64,000 nt of DNA from Octopus bimaculoides (taxonomy: Eukaryota). The position numbers were made by a program, and so were the translations under genes. The notes under the pieces were generated by a model that was not told the origin of the DNA, ran no database searches, and saw only the letters and a list, made by a program, of their open reading frames with translations. Below are positions 49,631 through 62,277 of the stretch, in pieces. The stretch spans positions 71,242,434 to 71,306,433 of the forward strand of contig NC_068981.1 of NCBI RefSeq assembly GCF_001194135.2. Reading direction: 5' to 3'. Position 1 is the first letter of the stretch. Each line of letters opens with the position of its first letter.

Positions 49631-52173
49631 GCTATCTCCCAGCCATAATCCAGTTATCTTTTTATTTTTTTAAGTATTTTTATTTGTTGATAGGATATTA
49701 TGTTTTCCTTTCCTTCTACGCAAACTTTTAAATTTAGTCCAATTTAGCCGTTATTGTATACTTCTGGTAGTCACTTGTGAATGGGATTTCAACTACACAC
49801 GTAGACACCTTCATCGAAGATATTCTCTGACTAATTTTGAACTAAAAAAAGAAGTTGGTTTCAAATTCCACAGAAAATGATAAAATGAAACGAAATGGAT
49901 GTTTTAACTAGAAATATACAGATTCTTTTCAGAGATAGTTCAAATTTCAAAATTAGTCTCTAAAAATATTCCAAAAGTAACGTGGGAAGTTATTAATATA
50001 CATAATGCTTACAAAAATATTTCTCTAGAAAGCAAGGAAATATTTTGTATGTAAACGCACTTGAGACCATTCAATAAATACTTTTAATAACTAATTTTGT
50101 AATTTGAGATTCAGTTTGAGAAACTTTTACAAGCCCGTCCTTTAATTCATTTATGGATTTTGATTCATTTTATCAGTTGGCATATAATTTTATTTAATTT
50201 TAGCTCGCATCCAGTGAGAAAATTGTCTTTCATGAAGGTTTCTATACGTTTAGTGCACCTGGAAATCCCAAATAGACAGCAGAAACATGCATGTATATCA
50301 GTCTTAGGAACTTTGTCTCTCTTTCTCTACATATAGTAAGACAATGGGGATTTGAGAAATTCAGGCGATTAACTTTGTCAGAATTCATGGTTAATCAAGA
50401 CTAACAGAATGTAAAAGAAGAAAAATTGGAATTAGTATTCAGTTATGAGATTGGAGATTGGAGAATTAGTATTGTTATGAGATTGGGGCATCAACTGCAG
50501 AGCATAAATATTGAGAAACAAAGGAATGCGGACAACAGGTATTACGTTTATCAACCGGTTATGATCGTTTCGATAACTAGAGGAAATGTTACATCAAAAA
50601 CCTGTTATGAAATACAAAATGACAAAGCTTTATGTAAAACCAGATAATATTAAATAAAATTTTCCACTAAACATTTCATCGGGCTTGGCATAAATACTAA
50701 TATAGCCGTTCCGGTTAAATAAATATATATAACGAGAGAGGATGGAATTCATACGATCATAGTGATAAATTATATAGCAAGCTGTCACGCTATCAGAGAA
50801 AACATTCAAACGGAGGATTATGAGGACAAATTGTCATCTAAGTTCCAATTCCCATATCTATGGTTAGTCGCCAGGGTGGCTAACTAACAGATTTAGGGAA
50901 CTAAATATCTGTTGTATATATATATACTCGTGGAGAGATATGTATACTTACAGATGAGGTGGAGACTTTGAAAGAGATGACAGTCTACAGTTATTTTCTT
51001 GGAAGTGTCATTCATAGGAGAATGTATGGAGAGAAAATTGAGATATAGTTAAGATTTGAAAGGTAAGGAATAAAGCTATAAGATCGCTACTATAATTATG
51101 GGTCGATATTATTGGATCATTTGAAGTTTAAAGTAAGTTATTAGTTAAGAAGTAAGAGGCTAGTTATACAGGGGCAAAATATTGAACGGGAAGAATTAGG
51201 ATGTGAGGGTCGTTTCAAATATAATTATCTGTGATAAAGTTGAAGTAGCACAAATAATGAGAACACTATCTATAATACCATTAAAATTAAGTACATTACC
51301 TAAATGGAATTCTCAAGAAAGTTTTATGGATTTGGTGGGAACAACATTCGTTAGGCTGATTAATTACATCTGACCTGCCCTTGAGAATTTCAAGCATTTC
51401 CATAGGAAATAGTTATCAGCTACCCCACCCTCTTTGTATAGAAATGTAGTACGTATAGTTGAGCACGAGATGCTCCAAGGTTTCCTTTTATTATTAAAGG
51501 TATGGATGTGGTTCTGTATTTTAAATTGGAATTTCCATATAATGGCACCAACGTAATAATGAACCTTATCATATATTTTAACAGAACATTATAAACGAGA
51601 GTTAATCCTATTCTTATCAGTGCGAATAATCATTTGCCTATTTAGCGTTTGAATTTTTGTATGGGAACCTGGCATATATTTCACCATGCGATTAATAGTA
51701 TTTTTACTCATGTGCATGCAGTTATAATAGTTAACATTTCCAAGATGAGCTACATTGCTATGTCTATACCTTTGTGAATACAGCCCACTGTCCTAAGGTA
51801 TACTTACAATGCTGTCATTATAATGGTTTGTTTTGGGAGAGAAAATCTCTTCTTTCGAGGAAAATCTGGAAACGCGCGAGCGCACACACACACATACAAT
51901 CGCAACACACACACACATGCACGCATGCACATACATACATACATACATACATACATACATACATACATACATACATACATACACACATACAACGTACGGT
52001 GAACTCAGTTTCTTGCTGAGATCCATGGCTAATGTAAGGGAAGATTACAATAAGTTAGCTACCAAGATCTGTGTATTTCGAAATCCCGTTCAATCTTGAG
52101 TGCTATCTCGTGTATTTTCATCTAAGATGGAGACGAGTACCAACGCTTCCTTGTGGTATCTTGAGCAATTGTG

Positions 52174-52333
52174 AGGAGTGGCTGTGTGGTAGGTAACTTG
52201 CTTACCAACCACATGGTTCCGGGTTCAGTCCCACTGCGTGGCACGATGGGCAAGTGTCTTCTACTATAGCATCGAGCCGACCAAAGCCTTGTGAGTGGAT
52301 TTGGTAGACGGAAACTGAAAGAAGCCCGTCGTA

Positions 52334-52380
<47 letters not shown>

Positions 52381-52598
52381 ATATGTTTGTGTGTCTGTGT
52401 TTGTCCCCCCCAACATCGCTTGACAACCGATGCTGGTGTGTTTACGTCCCCGTAACTTAGCGGTTCGGCAAAAGAAACCGATAGAATAAGTACTAGGCTT
52501 ACAAAGAATAAGTCCTGGGTCGATTTGCTCGACTAAAGGCGGTGCTCCAGCATGGCCGCACTCAAATGACTAAAACAATTAAAAGAGTAAAAGAGTAA
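52174..52598 (+). mobile_element. SINE family A, best-preserved reference copy
   Basis: A-box-like tggctgtgtgg, B-box-like ggttcagtccc, ccttgggcaagtgtctt-type body, internal (TA)n(TG)n, 3' half, (aaaagagt)2 tail. Confidence 0.93.
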
Positions 52599-53517
52599 CC
52601 CTTTCACATGAAACTAATGTTTGCCCTGTAAATCCACAAAGAAAAGAATAATTGTGTGTGTGTGTGTGTATGTGTGTGAAAGAGGATTTTCTTAAATCAA
52701 AAATTATTAATTGTACTTTAAAATATTTAAAACGCAGAATAACATGAACCTTTTAGAAGTTTTCAATTACAGTTTCCAGCTCAGATTATCCACGAAGTGT
52801 TGCGTGCAGTATACATGTCAAATTCATGAAAGCATATGTGGTGTGTGTGCGTGTGTGTTTGGATGTATGCGCGGGTGAGCGAGATCGTGTGTGGTGGTGG
52901 TGGTGGTGGAGGCGTACGTGTTTATATGTGTCTGTGTGTAAACGTGTACGCCAATGTCCACCATTAACATAGCCAACTCACTGGAACTACCATAAGATAA
53001 ATAGAGGGACAGGCAACTTTGTGCAAATATTTGTATCTTAGTGCACACACGCACACACATATTGATACTTATATAGATAGATAAATATTTATAAACATAA
53101 TTAAGGGATCAGCAAATATTTGCTTCACCACATACCGAAGTTCAGAAATAGCAGCTAAAAAAGCTGAGACTCCAACAGATAGCATTACTTGTAACTCACA
53201 AAGGCAAAAACAAGAAGAATTATTAATTGTTGATTTATTAATAAATTAATAAATTGATAAACCTTTACCCTTTTAATTTGTAATAGATAGATAAATAGAT
53301 AGATCTGTATTCATATATATACACACACATATCTATATACACTAATGTATTTCACGTAATGGTACAAGAAAACGCCTGCAGTAAGTTCATCCAATAGTTT
53401 ATCTACGTTCACACATACATACACAGGCACATACACACACACACACACACATACATAAGCGCGCGCGCTCAAACACATATTTATCTTTATCACTTCCTTT
53501 CCCTCTTCATGTTCCTG

Positions 53518-53556
<39 letters not shown>

Positions 53557-53946
53557 ATTCTGTCTACCTTTCCCTTTCTTTCTCTTTGTATATATTAAGA
53601 CATACAACGACATTCAATCTACTCTTATCACTAACTGAATTACATGTATTCTTTATTATGTGCCGGATGTGATTTAATCATCTTACAAGTAAGCAAGCCA
53701 TTCTAGTACACACGAATAGATGTACTCAAGTAATTATCATGCCATGATTTCAATTTAATTTGGAATGTCATTGAATTTTCCACTGAACCATCATTCGAAA
53801 CCACAAATGTCTTTCTGGTGTTTTTTCTACTGTGATAAAATTTTTGTCGTCTACTTCGAAATTTTGTTTTAGTTTATTTTATTTTTTTGTGTTTTTTTCT
53901 TCATTCTTGTGTTTGGGTAATGGGATGTGGGGTAGGACTGCATGTA

Positions 53947-54050
53947 GACATGACTGTGTGGTTACGAAGCACGCTTCTCAAGCATAACGGTTTGGAGTTC
54001 AGTCCCAGAGCGTAGCATCATGGGAGTCTTCTAGTACAGCAGCGGGCCGA
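53947..54050 (+). mobile_element. SINE family A head fragment
   Basis: gacatgactgtgtggttacgaag...ggagttcagtccc...gcgggccga. Confidence 0.6.
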
Positions 54051-54079
54051 ATGATCCTTTCTACTGGAAACACACCGGC

Positions 54080-54240
54080 TTCAAATTTGGGGGAAACATC
54101 GACCCCAGTGTGTAACTGGTACCTATTTCACCGACCCCGAAAGGATGAAAGGCAAAGTCGACCTCGACGGAATTTGAACTCAGAACGTTGTGACGGACTT
54201 TTCGCCCGGCATGCTAACGATTCTGCCAGCTCACCGCCTT
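54080..54240 (-). mobile_element. SINE family B
   Basis: Ends ...gctaacgattctgccagctcaccgcctt, the reverse complement of the family B head. Confidence 0.88.
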
Positions 54241-54999
54241 TCTTGTCTTTAATAATGAAAATACCTTAAATTTTTATATATTCAGAGAATGAAACTGGTG
54301 CTTTTCGGTGATATATGGACTACATTTCCATGCTTTCAGTTGATGAATATTAAAAGATTTAAGAAATAGAACATTTAGAGATTTTCTATTTCGCTGTTCT
54401 TCTGTTCAATAACGATTCTATATTGGATGAAAGGCTGTTGTTGTTTACTGCTGTTTCATTAGCCAGAGAGAGATTGGCTAAAATTTTCGCCACAAAAAAA
54501 GACGTATATCAATTTTGAAAGTGAAATGACGTTGCATTTACATAGTTAGAATGTCAATTTCTAACATGGCAATTCTCATTCTGAAAATAAAGTATTCGAA
54601 TTTATCCAGCTCCGTTTGTGAACAACAAAACCGCCACCTTTAGACATGATTGTATCTCCCAGCATATTCAGTCTAAACCATTGCCACCATCATTTTCACC
54701 AGCATCAACATCCTCATCACAGTCACAACCTCACAAGTACGTAAAAATTTATTTTCTGTATCCAGTCCCTTGGCTCTAACTGTAAAGTCATCTATATATT
54801 TTTTGTATATCTATCCTTATCCTTCCGTCTAGATTTTGCACAAGGCGCCGTTACTCTCCTGTTAATTTAGTCCCCGATGTTCCTCTAAGCGGACGTGAGC
54901 TTTTTTGATAAAACGTATTGGTATTCATACTTTGCACTATTGGGTTCTATATTCTTAGCAGCCTGACTATGCTCCTATGAACTAATAACTTACGGTTAG

Positions 55000-55061
<62 letters not shown>

Positions 55062-55752
55062 NNNNNNNNNNNNNNNNNNNNNNNNNNNNNNNNNNNNNNN
55101 NNNNNNNNNNNNNNNNNNNNNNNNNNNNNNNNATTTATATATATATATATATATATATATACATAGAGAGAGAGAAAGAAAGAGAGAGAGATGCATATAT
55201 TTATACACAGATACACACATACATACATACATACATAGATACATACATCCATCCATACATACATACAAAATTTAATAAACATGATAGCGCAAGCCGAAGG
55301 AAAGAAAACATAAGCCTTATGAGAAGGTGGGAAAGACTTCGACTTTATTCCTCCATTGATGGTTGTTGAAATCTCTGCACTTGGCAAAGTTACCTACTTC
55401 GTTAGTTGATGTCGTCGAGAGATTCACAAAGGACTTGGCAATAATTCTCACTATTACAACTGAGGGCAGATCGATCGTCTCCAACGTTATAAATATTTTG
55501 AAGGGAATATTCCAAAGACATAGTCTTTCTATACTTGTTTATTTTGTCATTAAATCCAACATAACATCTTTTATAAAAATCCAATGGCTACATACTATAG
55601 TCTGCTGGAGATATCCGTGTAACCCATAATCTTCTTAAAGATCAATGCTAAAAATGTTTACGAAGCCGAAAAACAGCTGACATAGGAATAGAATTTATCC
55701 AAAAGAAGTCTCTGTATTTGATTGTTGAATGCGGGAAGTCTATTCCAAACCC

Positions 55753-56090
55753 GTGGAGGCGCAATGGCCCAGTGGTTAGAGCAGCGGACGCGCGGTTATA
55801 GGATCGCGGTTTCGATTCCCAGACTGGGCGTTGTGAGTGTTTATTGAGCGAAAACGCCTAAAGCTTCACGAGGCTCCGGCAGGGGATGGTGGTGAACCCT
55901 GCTGTACTCTTTCACCACAACTTTCTCTCACTCTTACTTCCTGTTTCTGTTGTACCTGCATTTCAAAGGGTCAGCTTTGTCACACTGTGTCATGCTGAAT
56001 ATCCCCGAGAACTACGTTAAGGGTACACGTGTCTGTGGATTGCTCAGCCACTTACACGTTAATTTCACGAGCAGGCTGTTCCGTTGATCG
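55753..56090 (+). mobile_element. SINE family C inserted in the R4-like relic
   Basis: gtggaggcgcaatggcccagtggttagagc...ggtttcgattccc; body collinear with 1071-1400; 3' end truncated. Confidence 0.9.
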
Positions 56091-56187
56091 AAACGCTCAT
56101 CAAACTAAAAAAGACTATGCATGGACGTACTTAACCAAGACTTGAAGGTGACATTAAGGTCGACAAGAAGTGCAGACTTTCTTATGT

Positions 56188-56264
56188 CTAATGAACAAAA
56201 TAACTAATGAACAAAATAACTAATGAACAAAATAACTAATGAACAAAATAACTAATGAACAAAA
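56188..56264. repeat. Perfect 16-bp tandem repeat, 4.8 copies
   Basis: (ctaatgaacaaaataa)4 + ctaatgaacaaaa. Confidence 0.95.
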
Positions 56265-57339
56265 GAGAAAGTGAAGCCCATGTAACCCAAAATGCAACCG
56301 AAAATGTCGATTATGTCACATTTCTGTGGAAGACATCACACATGTGATCATCACCTGCCCGAAATTGCCAACAAGGTATTACCCCCCAATGAACATGATA
56401 TACTTACCATCTAAAAAAAAAAAAACAATTGTTCTGAAATAAATATTGTGAAACATTTCCATCAAAACTTCTCCTAATTGTAAGCATAAATAACGGAATT
56501 TATTTGTTTACAACAGACAAGAAAATGTATGTACCGCCATAGAGGTCAGCTGCCCTACTGATGTGAACATTAAAGAGAAACAAGATAACTGAAAAGTCGA
56601 GGACATTCAGAAAGAAAAAATTAGGCAGCTAACACATATATTACAAATACGATCTGTAAGCAGAATATTAAATATTCCAAGGATTTTCTCAAACTCAGTA
56701 TGCGACATTTCTTTTATTATCTACATTCCATCGCCGGAGTTTTGTATTTGTTAGAAACCAGCTCCTTCCCACCAGGAAGACTTCAAATAATTGAAAATAG
56801 AAAACATGCATACATACATACATACATACATACATACATACATACATACATACATACAGATGTTCTGTTGTGGAAATCTGCTGCGCCCCGGACACGAATG
56901 TTGTTAGAAAAATGCAAGAGAAAAACGAAGATACTTTCCTTAACAACCGTGCTACAAAGTAGGTGACCGGTCAAAATTTACTCTAAAATTAAAAGGAGAA
57001 AGAGAACATACATATATACACAGGTAGGTAGGTAGGTAGGTAGGTAGGTAGGCNNNNNNNNNNNNNNNNNNNNNNNNNNNNNNNNNNNNNNNNNNNNNNN
57101 NNNNNNNNNNNNNNNNNNNNNNNNNNNNNNNNNNNNNNNNNNNNNNNNNNNNNNNNNNNNNNNNNNNNNNNNNNNNNNNNNNNNNNNNNNNNNNNNNNNN
57201 NNNNNNNNNNNNNNNNNNNNNNNNNNNNNNNNNNNNNNNNNNNNNNNNNNNNNNNNNNNNNNNNNNNNNNNNNNNNNNNNNNNNNNNNNNNNNNNNNNNN
57301 NNNNNNNNNNNNNNNNNNNNNNNNNNNNNNNNNNNNNNN

Positions 57340-57395
<56 letters not shown>

Positions 57396-60384
57396 AAATA
57401 GTATTCTTCGTGGAATAGAGCTATGCAGCTTGGTCAAGTATTTATGTACACTAATGTACTTTCCTAGCTGGTTTGCAGCATTGTAATTTTTGTGTTTATA
57501 ACGTTTTTGATAATCGTTTTTAGGAATCGCTTTGTTTCCAATTCATAGAAACCCTGAAAAGTTTTTTTAATGAAGATTTTGACAGTGTTTGTGTTATAAA
57601 TTTAATTTATAAATGTTCACATTTAATATTTCTAAAAATATTGTAAAGACAGGGGAGAGAGTATTACTATACTAAGTTTTCTTCATTTTCCTAAAAAAAA
57701 TGTTATTTATTCGATGAACAGTTGCAGACACCTGCGTGATCTTATAAGCGAAATTAGCTTTATCTTAAGTTTAATCGTGTTCAGTGACAACAAAAATTTA
57801 GTACGAATATCGTGATGAATATACTAGACAATATTTTCTGCGCGCAGAAGCTATTTAGAAGATAATGACACTATCTATAAACCTTTATGACAGTATGTAT
57901 AAATGTGTAAGTTTGTCTGCTTGTCTCTCTGTCAGTCTCATTCTCCATAACATTCGAAGCTTGTCAAACATCATCAAACAAAAATTTTTTCTGTTCTTTC
58001 AACCTCATTTGAACCTCGATATATGTCCGACATCAGCCAGTTTCTATTTCTATTTCTATAATCAATTTCTGTTTTAACTTTTGTTTTTATTACCAATTTC
58101 TGTTTTGACTTTGGTTTTATTAAATGTTCGTATATTTTGACTCATCTTGATCCTCAACGTGAGTGATAGAGATCAGCCTTCCAGATAATGCTCGACTGTA
58201 TTTTACACACTCCACCTAATATTAATAACTGAGCTAGAAATTTCACATTATGAAATGCATTGTTAAAGCAGTTTTAGTTATTTTCGTGCTGTCATTTTAT
58301 TTCCGTTCTCAATCTATTAATTTTATTACCGAGTCTACCTCCTTCAAGCACAAACTGACATTAATATCACCACGTATTCATTTATCTATATTACTTTCTA
58401 AACAAGATTTCAAAATCACCTGCCAATTTTGCTCTTTTCCATGACTGGAGCCAACTGAAACATCTAGAAGGAATTTGACAACTTATTCTTCAACACAATA
58501 CTTATTACAAAATCTAATCAACTCAGGGAACTAAAGCCACATCACTGCAGACTCTTATCTATTGCTAATTTTGTTGCTTTACTAGTTCCCTAATTAAGTT
58601 AAATACATTACTAAAATCATTAAATTCTCTAATAACATAGCCGCCTCAACCTTTGACGAACTTTGCTAACATCCAATGTAAAACTTGAATGAAGAAACTG
58701 ATTTCCTCCAATGACCATAAGTTTGTGCAAGATTGCTATAGACTATGTTAATTACTTTGTTGGCAACTGCTACTTATGCTACTTAATAAAAGATGAAATA
58801 TTATTGTATTTTTTGTTATAGCAATTTCAAGATCACTGTTTAGAAATTTAGAATAAAACATTAACAGTAAAGCATATTTAACATAATTTTTTTGCAATTT
58901 TGCGATGTAAAGTACACAGAATCTTTTTATTTTGGTATTTTTACTTAAACCATTGCCTTAAATATACTTAATTTAAATATTGTAATATTAAATGGAAATC
59001 CTATACTTAGGAGAATATCTACATTAATGCTTTACTGACAATTTACTCTATTAAGTTTCAGTATCACATGTACCTTAGGAAAGTAGCTTACGAATAAAAT
59101 TAAAGGGAAATATATAGACGAACAAATTTCTAAGATTTCCAAAAACCTATTTATTTCAAGTGTATTCCTAAACCGTGCATTATTTTAGGTCACGTTGGAT
59201 GACTTTCATTTAAAAGCTTAATTGGATCCCTTATATTATCAAATCTGTCAGTAACAATTTGATATATCATTGCACATCCTTTCTCTTACAGAACCTCTAG
59301 GCTAACATATTCAAATATAAGATAGCCCTTAACACTCTGAATGCTTTGAAATTAATCTGCAACACTAAACAATTATAGCCTATTTTGATAGACTATTAGC
59401 GTACTTAAAACGCAAATATTTCCCATTAAAACAGAATTAATATCTTTCCCTAATCCAATTACAGCCGTGCGTTCTGAAAATATCTGTCACACGAATCTCC
59501 ATTAATGTGCATTCATCAGCCTGCATGTAAACAAAAAGAAGAACGTTTTTCTCAAAACCTAACACATTTTCTTTGATATTTTTGTGTAGTTTCAACTTTC
59601 CATCTCCGAAAATATATATATATATATAAAAGTGTTAGCTTTTTATCAATTGCACCATTTTCTTAAGTACTTTTCTGTTATATCATCCTTGGTTCGACTG
59701 GAAATATTGCCAGGGAATAAAATTCACATAAACTCTTGTCAAGATTAGCAGTTAACTATCAGTCAATTGTGCAATAACCCGCAAGTCTTCAAGCACTCAC
59801 TTTAAAAATTGTAACAATTTTAGTAATTGGATTTCCTTGCCCACTTACAAAGAAGCTTTGTGCTTCATGATGCTAATGATCACATCTTTGCTTCATACAA
59901 CAGTATATACTGACGGCCATATGAAATTTATCAGGACTGAAATTAACTATAATTTTAATACTTACCAAGACATTTCAAAAATAGTATTCTGGGAATTCCT
60001 CATTGAATTGCGGAGGGGAAAGTGTCTATCCTGTCACGATATGAATTACAGTCAGAAAAATAAGTCCATCTGATGTGCTGGCGCCAAATAATAATAATAA
60101 TAATATCTAACTGAATCCTTGTTTATTCCGCGAAGTGAGTAACATCTACAACATTTCTTATTATATTTTATGTTTAAAAAATTATTTCCGCTGCAACGGA
60201 AAAGTACTATTTCTTGTGAAATGCTACGATACTTTCTGGTGTGTTCATTACTGATGGAAAAATACTTGGAGTATCTTTAGTGAAAAATCGTTCATAATGT
60301 AGTCTAACTGTAGCCACATCAATTTCTGTTCGAACGTCATTAAATAAGAATGCAATAATTTAACACTATATATATGTGTGTGCG

Positions 60385-60620
60385 TGTGTGTATGCCAGAG
60401 GGTTTGCAAATCCAATGGGGGTCTTAAAAGACATGTTAGGATCCACAATGAGCAGAACTTACTTGCAGGTATTGGTAGTGCAAATCAGAGGTGCAATCTG
60501 TGTGGGTGTTTTTTCAAAACACTGTCTGGTTTAAAAAGCCACATCAGACGCCATGAAAGGGCTAAGGTGTAGGTGCAGGAGGTGGTCAAACTCTGTTTAA
60601 GGAGTAGACAACCACCATAT
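60385..60620 (+). mobile_element. 5'-truncated RTE-like 3' end encoding two C2H2-type fingers
   Basis: CVCQRVCKSNGGLKRHVRIH...CNLCGCFFKTLSGLKSHIRRHERAKV*. The last 149 bp are identical to 54-202. Confidence 0.68.
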
Positions 60621-61902
60621 ATATNNNNNNNNNNNNNNNNNNNNNNNNNNNNNNNNNNNNNNNNNNNNNNNNNNNNNNNNNNNNNNNNNNNNNNNNNNNN
60701 NNNNNNNNNNNNNNNNNNNNNNNNNNNNNNNNNNNNNNNNNNNNNNNNNNNNNNNNNNNNNNNNNNNNNNNNNNNNNNNNNNNNNNNNNNNNNNNNNNNN
60801 NNNNNNNNNNNNNNNNNNNNNNNNNNNNNNNNNNNNNNNNNNNNNNNNNNNNNNNNNNNNNNNNNNNNNNNNNNNNNNNNNNNNNNNNNNNNNNNNNNNN
60901 NNNNNNNNNNNNNNNNNNNNNNNNNNNNNNNNNNNNNNNNNNNNNNNNNNNNNNNNNNNNNNNNNNNNNNNNNNNNNNNNNNNNNNNNNNNNNNNNNNNN
61001 NNNNNNNNNNNNNNNNNNNNNNNNNNNNNNNNNNNNNNNNNNNNNNNNNNNNNNNNNNNNNNNNNNNNNNNNNNNNNNNNNNNNNNNNNNNNNNNNNNNN
61101 NNNNNNNNNNNNNNNNNNNNNNNNNNNNNNNNNNNNNNNNNNNNNNNNNNNNNNNNNNNNNNNNATATATATATATATATATATACGAGTGAGTAGACAA
61201 ACGACAGAAGGTCACTCAACACATTTATTGGGAGTTACATATATGGATCAAAACAGTTTGATTCAAACTCCTTGGTACTCTGAGTTTCAAGCATGTCGCT
61301 AGTCTTCTGTCATCGGAGTCTGAATGGAGGAGAGTCAATGTTTACTACTGGACGTTAGTCTGCGATTGGTCGAGAAAGGTCACACTGTGTCACAGTATTA
61401 CGTTGGCATATCAGCGACAACAATTACTTGGAAAATACCGCATGCTGAACAGGAAATCGACCACGTGATGGACAGGAAATTGGTCGCGTGGTTGGGGAAG
61501 TAGGATGAGAAGGTAGATACGGGAATATATATTTATGTATGCGTACATGTATATGGCCATATATCTGCGTGTATGTATGCGTAGATGTACATTCATGCAT
61601 CCCCGCGCGCGCGTGCACACACACACACACACACACACATGCACACATGTGCGCGCCCACATATACACACACGCGCACGTGCATACACACGCTCGCGCGC
61701 GCGTGCACACTTTTATCTGTCTGCATGTGTTCATGTATGTTATTTTTTGCTGTACCACTATGTTACAGTGACGTAAATACTCCAGCATTGTTGTCAAGAG
61801 ATACTGGGGGGGGGGGAACACAAGCACAAAGACACACACACAAATATAGATATACCCAGCATCGAACGATTGCCCCTAAGAAGAATATCAGAGAAATGGG
61901 CA

Positions 61903-61977
61903 ACTTAGTATTCGAGTTTCGGACTTTTCAGAATACGTTTGTTATCGTAAAACAGATCGGTCCTCGTCAGCTAGGTC
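61903..61977 (-). ncRNA. Minimal type I hammerhead ribozyme motif, Penelope-type
   Basis: - strand gaccUAG-CUGACGA-GGAC-(35 nt)-GUCC-GAAAC-UCGA-AUA^CUAaguu: complete core boxes, 4-bp stem II, 3-bp proximal stem I. One defect: A instead of G at 16.2, opposite C15.2. Confidence 0.68.
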
Positions 61978-62237
61978 TATCTAAAAGACTAAATTTAAAA
62001 TATCCACTACATCAATGCCTGTATACTCGGCCAATAGCTCCAGCCATAAACAGAACCGAGATCGGTGAAAAAGTTGTCCATTTCTCTGGCGTTCTTCCTA
62101 GAGTGAAGACGAAAAATTTTTATGTTCACCGCCTGCACATCTTTTCCTTTATACATTCAGTGAAGCTTTACCTCTAGCGTCGAACGGTTATCGACTGCTA
62201 TTTCCAGCAAAAATTGGTACCTTGTGCCTTTATTTCC

Positions 62238-62277
<40 letters not shown>

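Larger units (their letters stand above)
55290..56700 (+). mobile_element. Second R4/Dong-like relic with internal deletions
   Basis: LKSLHLAKLP...KGIFQRHSLS is homologous to LETLQLAKVP...KGIFQGDSLS at 10468-11049; then CNRKCRLCHISVEDITHVIITCPKL (CCHC) and NVCTAIEVSCPTDVNIK (RLE). Confidence 0.8.

Noticed and set aside
55753-55830. tRNA gene (also 1071-1150 and 21295-21373)
   Set aside because: A and B boxes are present, but there is no clean cloverleaf and the sequence continues into a shared ~300-bp body, so these are SINE heads.
57837-57850. 14-bp perfect palindrome ttctgcgcgcagaa
   Set aside because: A single short palindrome with no supporting context.
59953-60035. - strand exon ending at a consensus donor (ttg|gtaagt)
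   Set aside because: An isolated donor with a mediocre acceptor and no meaningful peptide.
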